From positions 1,770,001-1,802,000 of the forward strand of contig NC_004459.3 in the NCBI RefSeq assembly GCF_000039765.1: 32,000 nucleotides of DNA. The letters run 5' to 3'. Origin of the DNA: Vibrio vulnificus CMCP6. Its GTDB lineage: Bacteria > Pseudomonadota > Gammaproteobacteria > Enterobacterales > Vibrionaceae. Below the pieces are notes generated by a model. The model had not been told where the DNA came from. It ran no database searches and saw only the letters and a list, made by a program, of their open reading frames with translations. Numbering within the stretch: position 1 is the stretch's first letter; each line of letters begins with the position of its first letter. A program made the position numbers and the translations under genes. Below, one piece after another: positions 17,093 through 27,103 of the stretch.

Positions 17093-20000
17093 GTGTTTAC
17101 TGTCTATCACTCCAATCAAGTGGATGTGCTCAAATCTCTGTTGGTGGAACTGATTCGCCTCAATCCTTTGCAAAATCCCTTCGACAAAGAGCAAATCTTG
17201 GTGCAAAGCCCAGGCATGTCTCAATGGTTGAAAATGGAACTGGCGAAAGAGTTTGGCGTGGCAGCAAACATCGAATTTCCGCTACCCGCGACATTTATCT
17301 GGGATATGTTTACCCACGTTTTGGCGGATGTGCCAAAACGCAGTGCTTTTAACAAAGAAGCGATGACGTGGAAGCTGATGCATTTGTTGCCGCAGCAACT
17401 TGCACTGGCGGAGTTCTCGCCTTTAGCTCGCTATCTTCAAGACGATGAAGAAGGTGCCAAGCTTTACCAACTGTCGGAAAAAATTGCCGATATTTTTGAT
17501 GGCTATTTGGTGTATCGCCCTGAATGGATACGTGATTGGGAAGCGGGGAAGGCCGTGGCTGAGATTGGTGATGAGCATCCTTGGCAGCCCATGTTGTGGC
17601 AAGCACTGTATGACCATACCGTCGCGCTTGGGCAATCGCCGTACCATCGCGCCAACCTATACGAACATTTCATTGATAGCTTAGAAAACTACACTGGCCA
17701 GTTTGAACACTTGCCGCAGCGCTTGTTTGTTTTCGGTATCACCTCACTGCCTCCACGTTACATGGACGCGCTTAAAACGCTCGGTCAGCATATTGACGTG
17801 CATCTGATGTTTACCAACCCGTGTCGATACTATTGGGGTGAAGTGCGCGATCGCAAATTTCTGGCTCGTTTGGCGGCGAAACAGCGTCAGCACCTCGTGT
17901 GGCAACAAGATCATTCGCAGCTTCAGGGCCAAAGTGAGCAATTGAAAGGCAGTATTGAAGACAATCTTGCCGATGAACTGCACACCGAGGTGGTGGGCAA
18001 CAGCTTGCTGGCTTCGATGGGCAAACTTGGCCGTGACAACATGTACTTGTTGTCACAATTGGAATCGCATGAGATTGAAGCGTTTGTCGATATCGAACCA
18101 GACTCGCTATTGCATCAACTGCAAGCCGACATCCTCAACTTGGAAGAGCACCAAGATGACGACCATATCGAGAGCAGCCATCATAAACCGCTCATCGAAG
18201 CGAATGATCGCTCTTTGAGCCTGCACGTCTGCCACAGCCCAATGCGTGAAGTGGAAGTGCTGCACGATCAATTGCTGGCGATGTTCGATGCCGACCCAAC
18301 CCTCAAACCGCGCGATATTATCGTGATGGTGGCGGACATCAATGCCTACAGCCCTGCGATTCAAGCGGTGTTTGGCAACGCGCCGGGTGAACGATTCATC
18401 CCCTATTCCATTTCAGATCGAACCGCCGATCAAGAAAGCCCGATTCTCAACGCGTTTTTGACGTTGGTGAATTTGCCACAAATGCGCTGTTTGGCGTCAG
18501 AGCTGTTGGAACTGCTAGAAACCCCCGCGATTTTGCAGAAATTCTCCTTGAGTGAAACGGAGTTCTTGCAAGCAAAACAATGGGTGGAAGCGTCAGGTAT
18601 CCGTTGGGGGCTCGATGCGCAAACTGGATGTGAGTTTGACCTACCTCAGACAAGACAAAATACCTGGCAGTTTGGTATTCAACGCATGTTACTTGGCTAC
18701 GCCATGCCAGAATCGGCTGGCTTGTTCCAAAGCGGTGAGGAATGGCTTGCTCCTTACAACGAAGTTCAGGGAATGGGAGCGGAGCTGGCGGGCAAACTGA
18801 GCTACTTCATTGAAAAGGTGCGCTGCTATCGCCACGCCTTAGCTCAAGCGCAAAACATTGACGCATGGCGACAACAATTACACGGTGTCTTGGCGGATTT
18901 CTTCGCCGTCGACTTAGAAGGCGAAGTGGCATTGAAATCGATTCGCGATACGTTGGGACAGTTAAAAGAACAGTTGAGTGATGCGGCATTTGAGGCGGAA
19001 TTGTCACCGAGTGTGATTCGTCAATATCTGCTCAATAAACTGTCCGGTAGTCGTGTAAGCCAGCGTTTTCTTGCCGGACAAGTGAATTTTTGTACCTTGA
19101 TGCCGATGCGTTCGATTCCATTTCGCACCGTCTGTTTATTAGGGATGAACGATGGCGTCTATCCACGCAGTGTGGCGCCGGAAGGATTCGATTTAATTCA
19201 TGGCCGCGCCAGAGCCGGGGATCGCTCTCGCCGCGACGATGACCGCTACTTGTTCCTTGAAGCTCTGTTGTCTGCGCAGCAAAGTGTTTACATCAGCTAT
19301 GTCGGACGTTCCGTGCAAGACAACACAGAGAAAGTGCCGTCGGTGCTGGTGGCTGAGTTGATGGAGTATTGTCAGCAAAACTACTGTTTAGCGGGGGATG
19401 AGCATCTGGGTGTGGATGAATCCGGTGCGCATCTATTAAAGGCGATCACCTGCGAGCATCCCATGGTGCCATTTAGCCCCAAAGCTTTTTTAGGTGAACC
19501 TCCGAGCAACGCGAAAAGCTATGCCAAAGAGTGGATTCCAGCGGCCCAGCAGCAGAGCGAAGGCCAAGTGCCATCGCAGCCAAGTGCGCCATTTTATCAA
19601 GCCCTTGACGATTATTTACTGGGTGCCACGTTCCCGCTTGAACTGGATTTGGTTGAACTGCAACGTTTCTGGCGACTGCCGGTACAGTACTTCTTCAATC
19701 GCCGTTTGAAAGTCGTTTTCGAGCCGCCAATGGCCGTGATGGCAGATGAAGAGCCGTTTGTGTTGGATGGGCTCAACAGCTTCCAATTGCGTGAACAGTT
19801 GTTGCATCGTCTCTTATCGGATGAAAACTGCACGCCTGACATGGTACAGCCGCTGATTGAGGGCGTACGCAGTGAAATGCGTGCACAGGGCAAGTTGCCG
19901 ATCGGCGCCTTTGGTGAGTTGGAATTTGACACCAACCGCGTGCAAGCTGAAGCATTAATAGAAAAACTAACCGGACTATCTCACGCTGCTTTGGATGATC

Positions 20001-20581
20001 TCGAAGTGGATCTGACTTTTACGCCATTTGGTGAAGGCAAAACGATTCATTTGAGCGGTTGGTTAACGCAGCACTATCAATCGGGTCTATTGCGTTATCG
20101 CAGTGGCAAAATTCGCTCACAAGATTACTTAGCTGGTTGGATTGATCACCTTTCGATGTCGGCCATGGGCGTTGCCAAAGTGACGCATTTGATTGGCTAC
20201 GACAAGAAAGAAGGGGTTGTGCACCTCAAATACTCGGCGATGGCGGATGCTGGCCAGGCCAAATCGTTGCTTAACGAATTGATCCGCCTGTATATCGAAG
20301 GCATGACTCAGCCTTTGGCGTATTTCCCCAAAACCGCATTGGCGGCCATCGAAGCTGGCATAAGCCGCGGGCAATGGAACGATGATGAAGAGAAAGCGTT
20401 GAAAAAAATGGCGGATACCTTCAATGATGGTTTCTTGGGTGCAGGGGAAGGCGCTGACAGTTACATCAGTCGTATTTGGCCAAAATGGAATGAACAACTG
20501 GCCCATCAAGTACGTTTGATGAGTAGTTTGGTGCTGCAAGGGGCAAGATTGTCCGTTGTGGATGCGTCAGAGGAAGCATAG
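17093..20581 (+). CDS. recC: exodeoxyribonuclease V gamma subunit
   Basis: 1162-aa ORF with RecC hallmarks (MFTVYHSNQVDVLKSLLVELI, VQSPGMSQWLKMELA, GVYPRSVAPEGFDLI, GDRSRRDDDRYLFLEALLSA); GTG start. Confidence 0.97.
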   Translation: MFTVYHSNQVDVLKSLLVELIRLNPLQNPFDKEQILVQSPGMSQWLKMELAKEFGVAANIEFPLPATFIWDMFTHVLADVPKRSAFNKEAMTWKLMHLLPQQLALAEFSPLARYLQDDEEGAKLYQLSEKIADIFDGYLVYRPEWIRDWEAGKAVAEIGDEHPWQPMLWQALYDHTVALGQSPYHRANLYEHFIDSLENYTGQFEHLPQRLFVFGITSLPPRYMDALKTLGQHIDVHLMFTNPCRYYWGEVRDRKFLARLAAKQRQHLVWQQDHSQLQGQSEQLKGSIEDNLADELHTEVVGNSLLASMGKLGRDNMYLLSQLESHEIEAFVDIEPDSLLHQLQADILNLEEHQDDDHIESSHHKPLIEANDRSLSLHVCHSPMREVEVLHDQLLAMFDADPTLKPRDIIVMVADINAYSPAIQAVFGNAPGERFIPYSISDRTADQESPILNAFLTLVNLPQMRCLASELLELLETPAILQKFSLSETEFLQAKQWVEASGIRWGLDAQTGCEFDLPQTRQNTWQFGIQRMLLGYAMPESAGLFQSGEEWLAPYNEVQGMGAELAGKLSYFIEKVRCYRHALAQAQNIDAWRQQLHGVLADFFAVDLEGEVALKSIRDTLGQLKEQLSDAAFEAELSPSVIRQYLLNKLSGSRVSQRFLAGQVNFCTLMPMRSIPFRTVCLLGMNDGVYPRSVAPEGFDLIHGRARAGDRSRRDDDRYLFLEALLSAQQSVYISYVGRSVQDNTEKVPSVLVAELMEYCQQNYCLAGDEHLGVDESGAHLLKAITCEHPMVPFSPKAFLGEPPSNAKSYAKEWIPAAQQQSEGQVPSQPSAPFYQALDDYLLGATFPLELDLVELQRFWRLPVQYFFNRRLKVVFEPPMAVMADEEPFVLDGLNSFQLREQLLHRLLSDENCTPDMVQPLIEGVRSEMRAQGKLPIGAFGELEFDTNRVQAEALIEKLTGLSHAALDDLEVDLTFTPFGEGKTIHLSGWLTQHYQSGLLRYRSGKIRSQDYLAGWIDHLSMSAMGVAKVTHLIGYDKKEGVVHLKYSAMADAGQAKSLLNELIRLYIEGMTQPLAYFPKTALAAIEAGISRGQWNDDEEKALKKMADTFNDGFLGAGEGADSYISRIWPKWNEQLAHQVRLMSSLVLQGARLSVVDASEEA

Positions 20582-20584
20582 ACG

Positions 20585-20740
20585 ATGCCCTTCAAAGTCA
20601 ACAATGGGATAAAAAAGCGCTGCAATGGAGAGGAAGTAGGGTGGCCGCCAGAAAATCATTATCGTGTAGGGCGTTTGCTGTACGGCCACAAGGTCAGAGG
20701 GACCATGATTCGGTTGAGTGGTTCGTGTCGAACCCTTTGA
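20585..20740 (+). CDS. hypothetical 51-aa small ORF immediately after recC
   Basis: Read directly: MPFKVNNGIKKRCNGEEVGWPPENHYRVGRLLYGHKVRGTMIRLSGSCRTL, in phase with recC; ATG is 4 nt after the recC stop with AGAGGAA about 10 nt upstream. No homology recognised. Confidence 0.25.
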   Translation: MPFKVNNGIKKRCNGEEVGWPPENHYRVGRLLYGHKVRGTMIRLSGSCRTL

Positions 20741-20892
20741 TCTCGTGAGGCGCATACTACCCAGTGCGGCAAGGATGTTCCGTGAGTAAGATCCCACAAC
20801 ATCCTAATATTTAGAGAGTTAAGACAAATTCATAGCGTTTTTAAGGTTTGATCACAGATCAAACAGCAGATGATCCGGAGACAGTGAGTAAG

Positions 20893-23800
20893 ATGACGCA
20901 CAAGCCCGAGCCAACCCCGTTACAAACCATGACCTTTCCATTGCATGGCGCAAGGTTAATTGAAGCGTCGGCGGGGACAGGTAAAACTTTCACCATTGCT
21001 GGATTGTATTTACGCTTACTGCTTGGTCATGGCAGTGAAGAGACGCGTCATCAAGTCCCACTGACTGTGGATCAAATCTTGGTCGTGACCTTTACCGAAG
21101 CCGCAACGGGTGAGCTGCGTGATCGCATTCGTGCGCGTATTCACGATGCGCGTTTGGCGTTTGCTCGAGGAGAAAGCCAAGATCCCGTCATTGAGCCGCT
21201 GCTGCGTGACTTTCCCGATCACAAGCAGGCCGCCGCCATTTTGCTGCAAGCCGAAAGACAGATGGACGAAGCGGCGGTGTTCACCATTCACGGTTTTTGC
21301 CAACGGATGCTAACGCAAAATGCGTTTGAGTCGGGCAGCCGTTTTAACAATGAATTTGTCACCGATGAGAGCCAGCTAAAAGCACAAGTGGTGGCCGATT
21401 ATTGGCGACGCAATTTCTATCCCTTGCCCACCGCATTGGCAGGTGAGGTGCGCCAGATTTGGGGCTCACCCGCAGCGTTGTTGAGCGACATTGGCCGCTA
21501 TCTCACTGGTGCGCCATTGGCGCTGAGCGTCAACGCGATGAGTGGCGATCTTGCGGCGTTGCATCAAGACAACCTGCAAAAAATTACGCAACTAAAAAGT
21601 GCTTGGCGAGCGGCGCAGCCTGAATTGCAAACGCTCATAGAACAATCTGATATCAACAAACGCAGTTACACCAAAAAATCCCTACCGGATTGGTTGGAAA
21701 CGGTTAACCGGTGGGCAGAGAGCGAAACCTTTGATTACCACTACCCAGATAAGCTGGCCAAATTTGCACAAAGCGAGCTGCTGGCCAAAACAGCCAAAGG
21801 CACTGCGCCAACGCATCCGCTATTTGAGCAAATTGACGCGTTTTTGGCCAATCCGGCCAGCTTAAAAGCCCCATTGTTGGCACACGCGATTGAGCAATGT
21901 CGCGCATGGCTGGCGAAAGCCAAAGAGCAGAAGCAGCGTTTGTCGTTTGACGATTTGTTAACGCGTTTATCCGCGGCAATCGATCAAGATGAAGCGCAGT
22001 TATTGGCAAGTCGAATTCGTACTCTTTACCCCGTTGCCATGATTGACGAGTTCCAAGATACCGACCCTTTGCAATACAGTATCTTTAGCCGTATTTATTT
22101 GGAGCACCCACAAACTGGGTTGTTTATGATCGGCGACCCGAAGCAGGCGATTTACGGCTTCCGTGGGGCGGACATCTTCACTTACATCAAAGCGCGTAAC
22201 CAAGTGAGTGCCCACTACACCTTGGGAACAAACTGGCGCTCCAGTGCTGAGATGGTTGCAGCGGTGAACCAGATATTTCAGCAGCCTGATAGTCCGTTTA
22301 TTTATGATCAAGACATCCCTTTCTTGCCTGTCAACGCTAGCCCCAAAGCGGAGCAACGCATTTGGAACATGGCAGGCCAAAAGCAGCCCGCTCTGACTTA
22401 CTGGTTACAAGAGTGCGAAGAAAAACCCGTGGCGAAAGGGGAGTATCAGCAAGTGATGGCCGACGCGACCGCCAGTCAGATTCAGCGGATTCTGACGCTT
22501 TCGCAGCAAGGTCAAGCGTCATTCCAGCAAGGGGAGCGACAGCACCCCATTCAAGCGGGTGACATTGCGGTGTTGGTACGAACCGGCAGCGAAGGGCGAT
22601 TGATCAAGCAAACTCTCGCTAAGCAAGGCATTGCCAGTGTCTATCTTTCGAACCGCGACAGCGTTTTTCTCAGCCCCGTCGCGCAAGATGTTCAGCGCAT
22701 ATTGCAAGCGGTGCTCACCAGCGAAGACGATCGCGCATTGCGGGCGGCGTTGGCTTGTGAGCTGTTTGCCCTTGATGCCGCCAGTCTGGATAAATTGAAT
22801 AACGATGAAAATGCGTGGGAAAAAGCGCTCAGTGAGTTTAAAGAATACCGCAAGCTGTGGCTTTCTCGTGGTGTGATGCCGATGCTCCGAGCAGTGATGG
22901 CCAAACGCCATATTGCGGAGCGACTGCTGACTCAGCAAGAAGGTGAGCGCACACTCACTGACCTGATGCATTTGGCGGAACTGCTGCAGCAAGCAAGCAA
23001 TGAGATCGACAGCGACCACGGTTTGTTGCGTTGGTTTGCCCAATCAATCAGTGATGCACACAATGGTATTGGCGGCAGCGATGAGCAGATCCAACGTCTC
23101 GAATCGGAACGGAACTTGGTGCAGATCGTCACCATCCACAAATCAAAAGGGCTTGAGTACGATCTGGTTTTTCTCCCGTTTGTCTTTGCTCATCGCGAAG
23201 CCAGCGAAGCCAAGTTTTACGATGCGCAAACCGATCGCACCGTGTTAGATATCACCGGCAGCGATGCCGCGTTGCAACAAGCGGACAAAGAACGATTAGC
23301 CGAAGACTTACGCCTTATTTATGTGGCGCTCACTCGAGCCGTTTATGGCTGTTTCATTGGTGCGGCGCCACTGCGTAATGGTCGCTCCACGAAAGAGCCA
23401 ACGGGCGTGCATCGCAGTGCCATGGGGTATTTGGTGCAAAATGGCCAAGAAGGGGGAATTGCTACGCTGCAACAAGCGTTGGCAGGACAGCAAACGCAGT
23501 CAGACAGTATTGTCGTTACCTCACCACCAACCTTGCCAGATGAGCGATATCAACCTATCGCAGCGCCCGCGTTGGCGCTCTCTGCGCAAGAGCTGGCCAC
23601 GCCTATCGATCGTTTATGGCGCATCACCAGTTACTCCGGCTTGGTCAAGCAAGGGAGCCATCAAAGCGACTACGATGCCAGTTTAGAGGTGGTGGGGTTT
23701 GATATCGACTCTTCTGCCGAAGATCCGCAAGCGCCAGTTCAAGAAGTGGAGAAGTCGATTTTTACCTTCCCCCGTGGTGCCAGTGCTGGTACGTTTTTGC

Positions 23801-24513
23801 ACTCGCTGTTTGAAGAGGTGGAGTTTACTCAAGCGGCAGACTCTGAACAGAATCGTCAAGTGATCAGCGAGCTGATGGAAAAAAACTTGATCGACTTAGA
23901 ATGGTTGCCCGTTTTGCAGCAGCTGGTGGATACCGTGTTGTCGACGCCGCTTGATGGCAAACATCTGTACCTTAACCAGAAAACGCCTTCACAGCGTTTG
24001 GTGGAAATGGAGTTCTTATTGCCGATAGAAGTGCTCAGCGCTGCCAGTTTAAACCAAGTCATTCAGCGCCATGATCCCCTCTCGGCTCGCGCGGGGGATC
24101 TGGGTTTCCAAACGGTGCAAGGCATGCTCAAAGGCTTTATTGATTTGGTGTTTGAACACCAAGGCAAATATTACGTATTGGACTGGAAATCCAACCATCT
24201 AGGGGATGCTGTACATTTATATCACGGTGAGGCATTGCAAGGGGCGATGGTGGATCATCGCTACGATTTGCAATACCAAATCTATGCGTTGGCGCTACAC
24301 CGTTTTCTACGCAGCCGTTTGGCCAACTATGATTACCAGCTTCATTTTGGTGGCGTCTATTATCTGTTCCTTCGTGGTATGGATGGCGAAAGTGAACACG
24401 GTATCTTTTCTGCCAAGCCCTCGTTGGATTTATTAACGGAAATGGATCGTTTGATTGACGGTCTTGAGCCTCAACCTAGATCGACCCAAGGTGGTCAGAT
24501 GGAGTTACTATGA
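20893..24513 (+). CDS. recB: exodeoxyribonuclease V beta subunit (helicase/nuclease)
   Basis: Walker A EASAGTGKTFTIAGLYLRLLLGHG, UvrD/RecB motifs (MIDEFQDTDPLQYSIFSRIY), C-terminal nuclease motif VLDWKSNHL. The ORF is open from TTG 20848; ATG 20893 or GTG 20884 is the more likely start. Confidence 0.97.
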   Translation: MTHKPEPTPLQTMTFPLHGARLIEASAGTGKTFTIAGLYLRLLLGHGSEETRHQVPLTVDQILVVTFTEAATGELRDRIRARIHDARLAFARGESQDPVIEPLLRDFPDHKQAAAILLQAERQMDEAAVFTIHGFCQRMLTQNAFESGSRFNNEFVTDESQLKAQVVADYWRRNFYPLPTALAGEVRQIWGSPAALLSDIGRYLTGAPLALSVNAMSGDLAALHQDNLQKITQLKSAWRAAQPELQTLIEQSDINKRSYTKKSLPDWLETVNRWAESETFDYHYPDKLAKFAQSELLAKTAKGTAPTHPLFEQIDAFLANPASLKAPLLAHAIEQCRAWLAKAKEQKQRLSFDDLLTRLSAAIDQDEAQLLASRIRTLYPVAMIDEFQDTDPLQYSIFSRIYLEHPQTGLFMIGDPKQAIYGFRGADIFTYIKARNQVSAHYTLGTNWRSSAEMVAAVNQIFQQPDSPFIYDQDIPFLPVNASPKAEQRIWNMAGQKQPALTYWLQECEEKPVAKGEYQQVMADATASQIQRILTLSQQGQASFQQGERQHPIQAGDIAVLVRTGSEGRLIKQTLAKQGIASVYLSNRDSVFLSPVAQDVQRILQAVLTSEDDRALRAALACELFALDAASLDKLNNDENAWEKALSEFKEYRKLWLSRGVMPMLRAVMAKRHIAERLLTQQEGERTLTDLMHLAELLQQASNEIDSDHGLLRWFAQSISDAHNGIGGSDEQIQRLESERNLVQIVTIHKSKGLEYDLVFLPFVFAHREASEAKFYDAQTDRTVLDITGSDAALQQADKERLAEDLRLIYVALTRAVYGCFIGAAPLRNGRSTKEPTGVHRSAMGYLVQNGQEGGIATLQQALAGQQTQSDSIVVTSPPTLPDERYQPIAAPALALSAQELATPIDRLWRITSYSGLVKQGSHQSDYDASLEVVGFDIDSSAEDPQAPVQEVEKSIFTFPRGASAGTFLHSLFEEVEFTQAADSEQNRQVISELMEKNLIDLEWLPVLQQLVDTVLSTPLDGKHLYLNQKTPSQRLVEMEFLLPIEVLSAASLNQVIQRHDPLSARAGDLGFQTVQGMLKGFIDLVFEHQGKYYVLDWKSNHLGDAVHLYHGEALQGAMVDHRYDLQYQIYALALHRFLRSRLANYDYQLHFGGVYYLFLRGMDGESEHGIFSAKPSLDLLTEMDRLIDGLEPQPRSTQGGQMELL

Positions 24514-26624
24514 TGTTGAATGGGTCACTCCAAGCGACGCTGTCGATGCTGGAACAGCAAGCCCAACAAGGCTACCTGCGCTTATTGGATTATCAATTTG
24601 CGCGCTTTATTGGTGAGCAGAGTCAGCACAGCGGATTGGCGCTGTTGGCCGCTGCGGTCAGTGCCGAGTTAGGCAAAGGGCATATTTGCTTGCCTCTGTT
24701 TGATGAACTTGGCCAAGTCTGTGAATTGGCCAGCAAAATTGGCCTGTTTGGTGAGGCGGCAACCGAGCTGAACGCCCAGTTGCAGTCGTTCGACTGGCGA
24801 GCATTGCTGCAAACCAGTCGCTTGGTTGGCACCCAAGGGGAAGCGGTGCCCTTGATGTTCGATGGGGAACGAGTTTATCTGCATCGCTATTGGCACTATG
24901 AAGTCGTTTTGGCGCAAAAACTTAATCAATTGAGTCACGGTATTGAACTTAACGCCAGCTCAGCGGCATCGTTATCCGCATTGCTGGATCGATTGTTCGC
25001 GCGAGATTACCGCTTTTTGTTCGAAACGCTGATTGCCGCGCAAGCGAGCGGCAGTACCCAGGTGCAGCGACAGCAATGGGTGTGTGATTTTCTCGACGTG
25101 GTTGAAGAGCACCGTTTGGATTGGACGGCGATTGAACAAGTGCTGAGCCAAGTAAGCAAAGTCTCAGATCTCAACGCGCTGGATCATCTTGTGCCTCATG
25201 CGGCCTGCATTAATTGGCAAAAGGTAGCTGCCGCGGTGGCGTTGACGCGTCGTTTTGCCGTGATCTCTGGGGGGCCGGGAACAGGCAAAACCACCACCGT
25301 CACGAAATTGTTGGCGGCGCTGATTGAGCAAGCTGGAGCGCAAACGCCCACCATTCGTTTGGTGGCGCCAACGGGTAAAGCGGCGGCGCGTTTGACCGAA
25401 TCCATCGGTAAAGCGGTGCAATCTTTAGCCGTAGAGCCGAGTTTAAAGGCGTTAATCCCCACAGAAGCCTCAACATTACATCGCTTGTTAGGCGCGATCC
25501 CCGGCAGTGCCGAGTTTCGTCATCACAGTCAAAACCCGCTGCATTTGGATGTGCTGGTGGTGGATGAAGCCTCAATGGTCGATCTTTCGATGATGTATAA
25601 AGTGATTGACGCGCTGCCTAAACATGCTCGTTTGATTTTACTCGGTGATAAAGATCAGTTGGCCTCCGTTGAAGCGGGGGCGGTGCTGGGGGATATCTGC
25701 GCATTTTCTGCTTCCGGATACAGCGCAGAGCAAGCAGCAACGCTCGCGAAGTTAACGGGTTATCAAGCGCTGCCAAAGAGTGCCAGCCGTTTGGCACCAG
25801 TTGCAGATAGCTTGTGTATGTTGCAAAAGAGCTATCGTTTTGATGCTCGCTCAGGAATTGGCCAATTGGCAAAAGCGATCAATGCCGGTTCCGTGGCGGC
25901 GTTAGAGAGTGTATGGCAGCGAGAGTTTAACGATATCGAACATCACCCATTGGATGCCAGCCACTACAACCATATGTTGCAAACGCTTGTAAGTGAGTAC
26001 TCACATTATCTTGCTCGCATTGCCTTAACTCAGCAGCATCTTGAGCCGAAAGAGAGAGAAAGCAGTGCTGTTCGAGCCAAAGCGGGACTGAATTTGTTTC
26101 ATCGTTGCCGGTTACTTTGCGCCGTGCGTGAAGGCAATTTTGGTGTGGCCGGACTTAACCTTCGCATTGAAAGAGCCTTAGCTGCGCGGAATTTGATTAA
26201 AGTGAAGGACGAGATTTGGTATCACGGCAGGCCTGTAATGGTGACGCGTAATGATTACGCGCTTGGGCTTTACAACGGCGACATTGGCATCTGCATGTGG
26301 GATGACACTGACGAAGCCCCGCGTCTAAAAGTCTATTTTGAGTTGGCTGACGGCAGCGTTAAAGCGGTATTACCAAGCCGAGTGCCAGAACATGAAACAG
26401 CCTATGCGATGACAATACATAAATCACAAGGCAGCGAATTTGATTTTACCTTGATGATTTTGCCTGCCGATTTCAGCCCAATACTGACGCGAGAGCTGAT
26501 CTACACGGGCATTACTCGAGCGAAAAAGCGTTTAGCGCTGTATGCCGATCTCCAAGTCCTGAAACGTGGTATGAAGATAAAAACACAGCGAGCGAGCGGC
26601 CTGCCACACCGTTTGGGCCAGTAA
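24510..26624 (+). CDS. recD: exodeoxyribonuclease V alpha subunit (helicase)
   Basis: 704 aa; Walker A ISGGPGTGKTTTVTKLLAAL, DEASMVDLSMMYKV, C-terminal TIHKSQGSEFDF; overlaps the recB stop. Confidence 0.98.
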   Translation: MMLNGSLQATLSMLEQQAQQGYLRLLDYQFARFIGEQSQHSGLALLAAAVSAELGKGHICLPLFDELGQVCELASKIGLFGEAATELNAQLQSFDWRALLQTSRLVGTQGEAVPLMFDGERVYLHRYWHYEVVLAQKLNQLSHGIELNASSAASLSALLDRLFARDYRFLFETLIAAQASGSTQVQRQQWVCDFLDVVEEHRLDWTAIEQVLSQVSKVSDLNALDHLVPHAACINWQKVAAAVALTRRFAVISGGPGTGKTTTVTKLLAALIEQAGAQTPTIRLVAPTGKAAARLTESIGKAVQSLAVEPSLKALIPTEASTLHRLLGAIPGSAEFRHHSQNPLHLDVLVVDEASMVDLSMMYKVIDALPKHARLILLGDKDQLASVEAGAVLGDICAFSASGYSAEQAATLAKLTGYQALPKSASRLAPVADSLCMLQKSYRFDARSGIGQLAKAINAGSVAALESVWQREFNDIEHHPLDASHYNHMLQTLVSEYSHYLARIALTQQHLEPKERESSAVRAKAGLNLFHRCRLLCAVREGNFGVAGLNLRIERALAARNLIKVKDEIWYHGRPVMVTRNDYALGLYNGDIGICMWDDTDEAPRLKVYFELADGSVKAVLPSRVPEHETAYAMTIHKSQGSEFDFTLMILPADFSPILTRELIYTGITRAKKRLALYADLQVLKRGMKIKTQRASGLPHRLGQ

Positions 26625-26656
26625 GGATCATGAGAGCAGTCTAAGTCGATAAGGAA

Positions 26657-26686
26657 AAAGGCCAGAAGTGGAAACTTCTGGCCTTT
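26657..26686. terminator. strong hairpin terminator between recD and the small minus-strand ORF
   Basis: aaaggccagaagt-ggaa-acttctggccttt, perfect 13-bp stem; T5 tract on the minus strand. Confidence 0.85.
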
Positions 26687-26696
26687 GAAATTCGAA

Positions 26697-26879
26697 CTAG
26701 CGTTGAAATGCTTGAGTAAAAGTGATGCTGCGAATGTGGTATTGCTCTTTGTAGTTCAAGATGAACTCTCTTAGCGCTTCTGTCACTGGGAAGACGCAAT
26801 GAACGTCAAGTCCCTCTAGAAACTGGTTGTCGGCCATATCCCAAAAGCTTTGCAGCGAGTTACAAATAATGGTTCTCAT
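26697..26879 (-). CDS. small conserved-looking hypothetical protein (60 aa)
   Basis: MRTIICNSLQSFWDMADNQFLEGLDVHCVFPVTEALREFILNYKEQYHIRSITFTQAFQR; AAGAG upstream of ATG, followed by a terminator whose U tract faces the minus strand. Confidence 0.5.
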   Translation of the reverse strand: MRTIICNSLQSFWDMADNQFLEGLDVHCVFPVTEALREFILNYKEQYHIRSITFTQAFQR

Positions 26880-27103
26880 AGTAATGCTCTTTGATTGCTT
26901 AATCCCAACTGACTGGGCAAGTAATGAATCGAGCAGTCCGTGCGGTGTCTCGTCACCAAGTTCCTTGGCTCGGGTTAACCCCGATTTGCGCGGATTATAG
27001 ACGAGTCACCGAACGAAAAAAAGCACAAACTTTGAACAGACAAGATGTAAAGCATTGCATATGGTGTTAACCCTGTTCATCAGCAGGAAATACTAATCTT
27101 AGG

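Noticed and set aside
18107-18364. Antisense ORFs inside recC, recB, recD, glp genes and others
   Set aside because: They lie fully opposite well-supported conserved genes and look like codon-bias shadows.
20715-20740. tRNA T-arm-like stem GGTTCG-TGT-CGAACC
   Set aside because: Loop is 3 nt, not 7, and no acceptor, D or anticodon arms could be assembled around it.
20567-20797. 76-aa minus-strand ORF in the recC-recB spacer
   Set aside because: Low-complexity, no recognisable family, overlaps the recC 3' end and spans several hairpins; no clear RBS seen.
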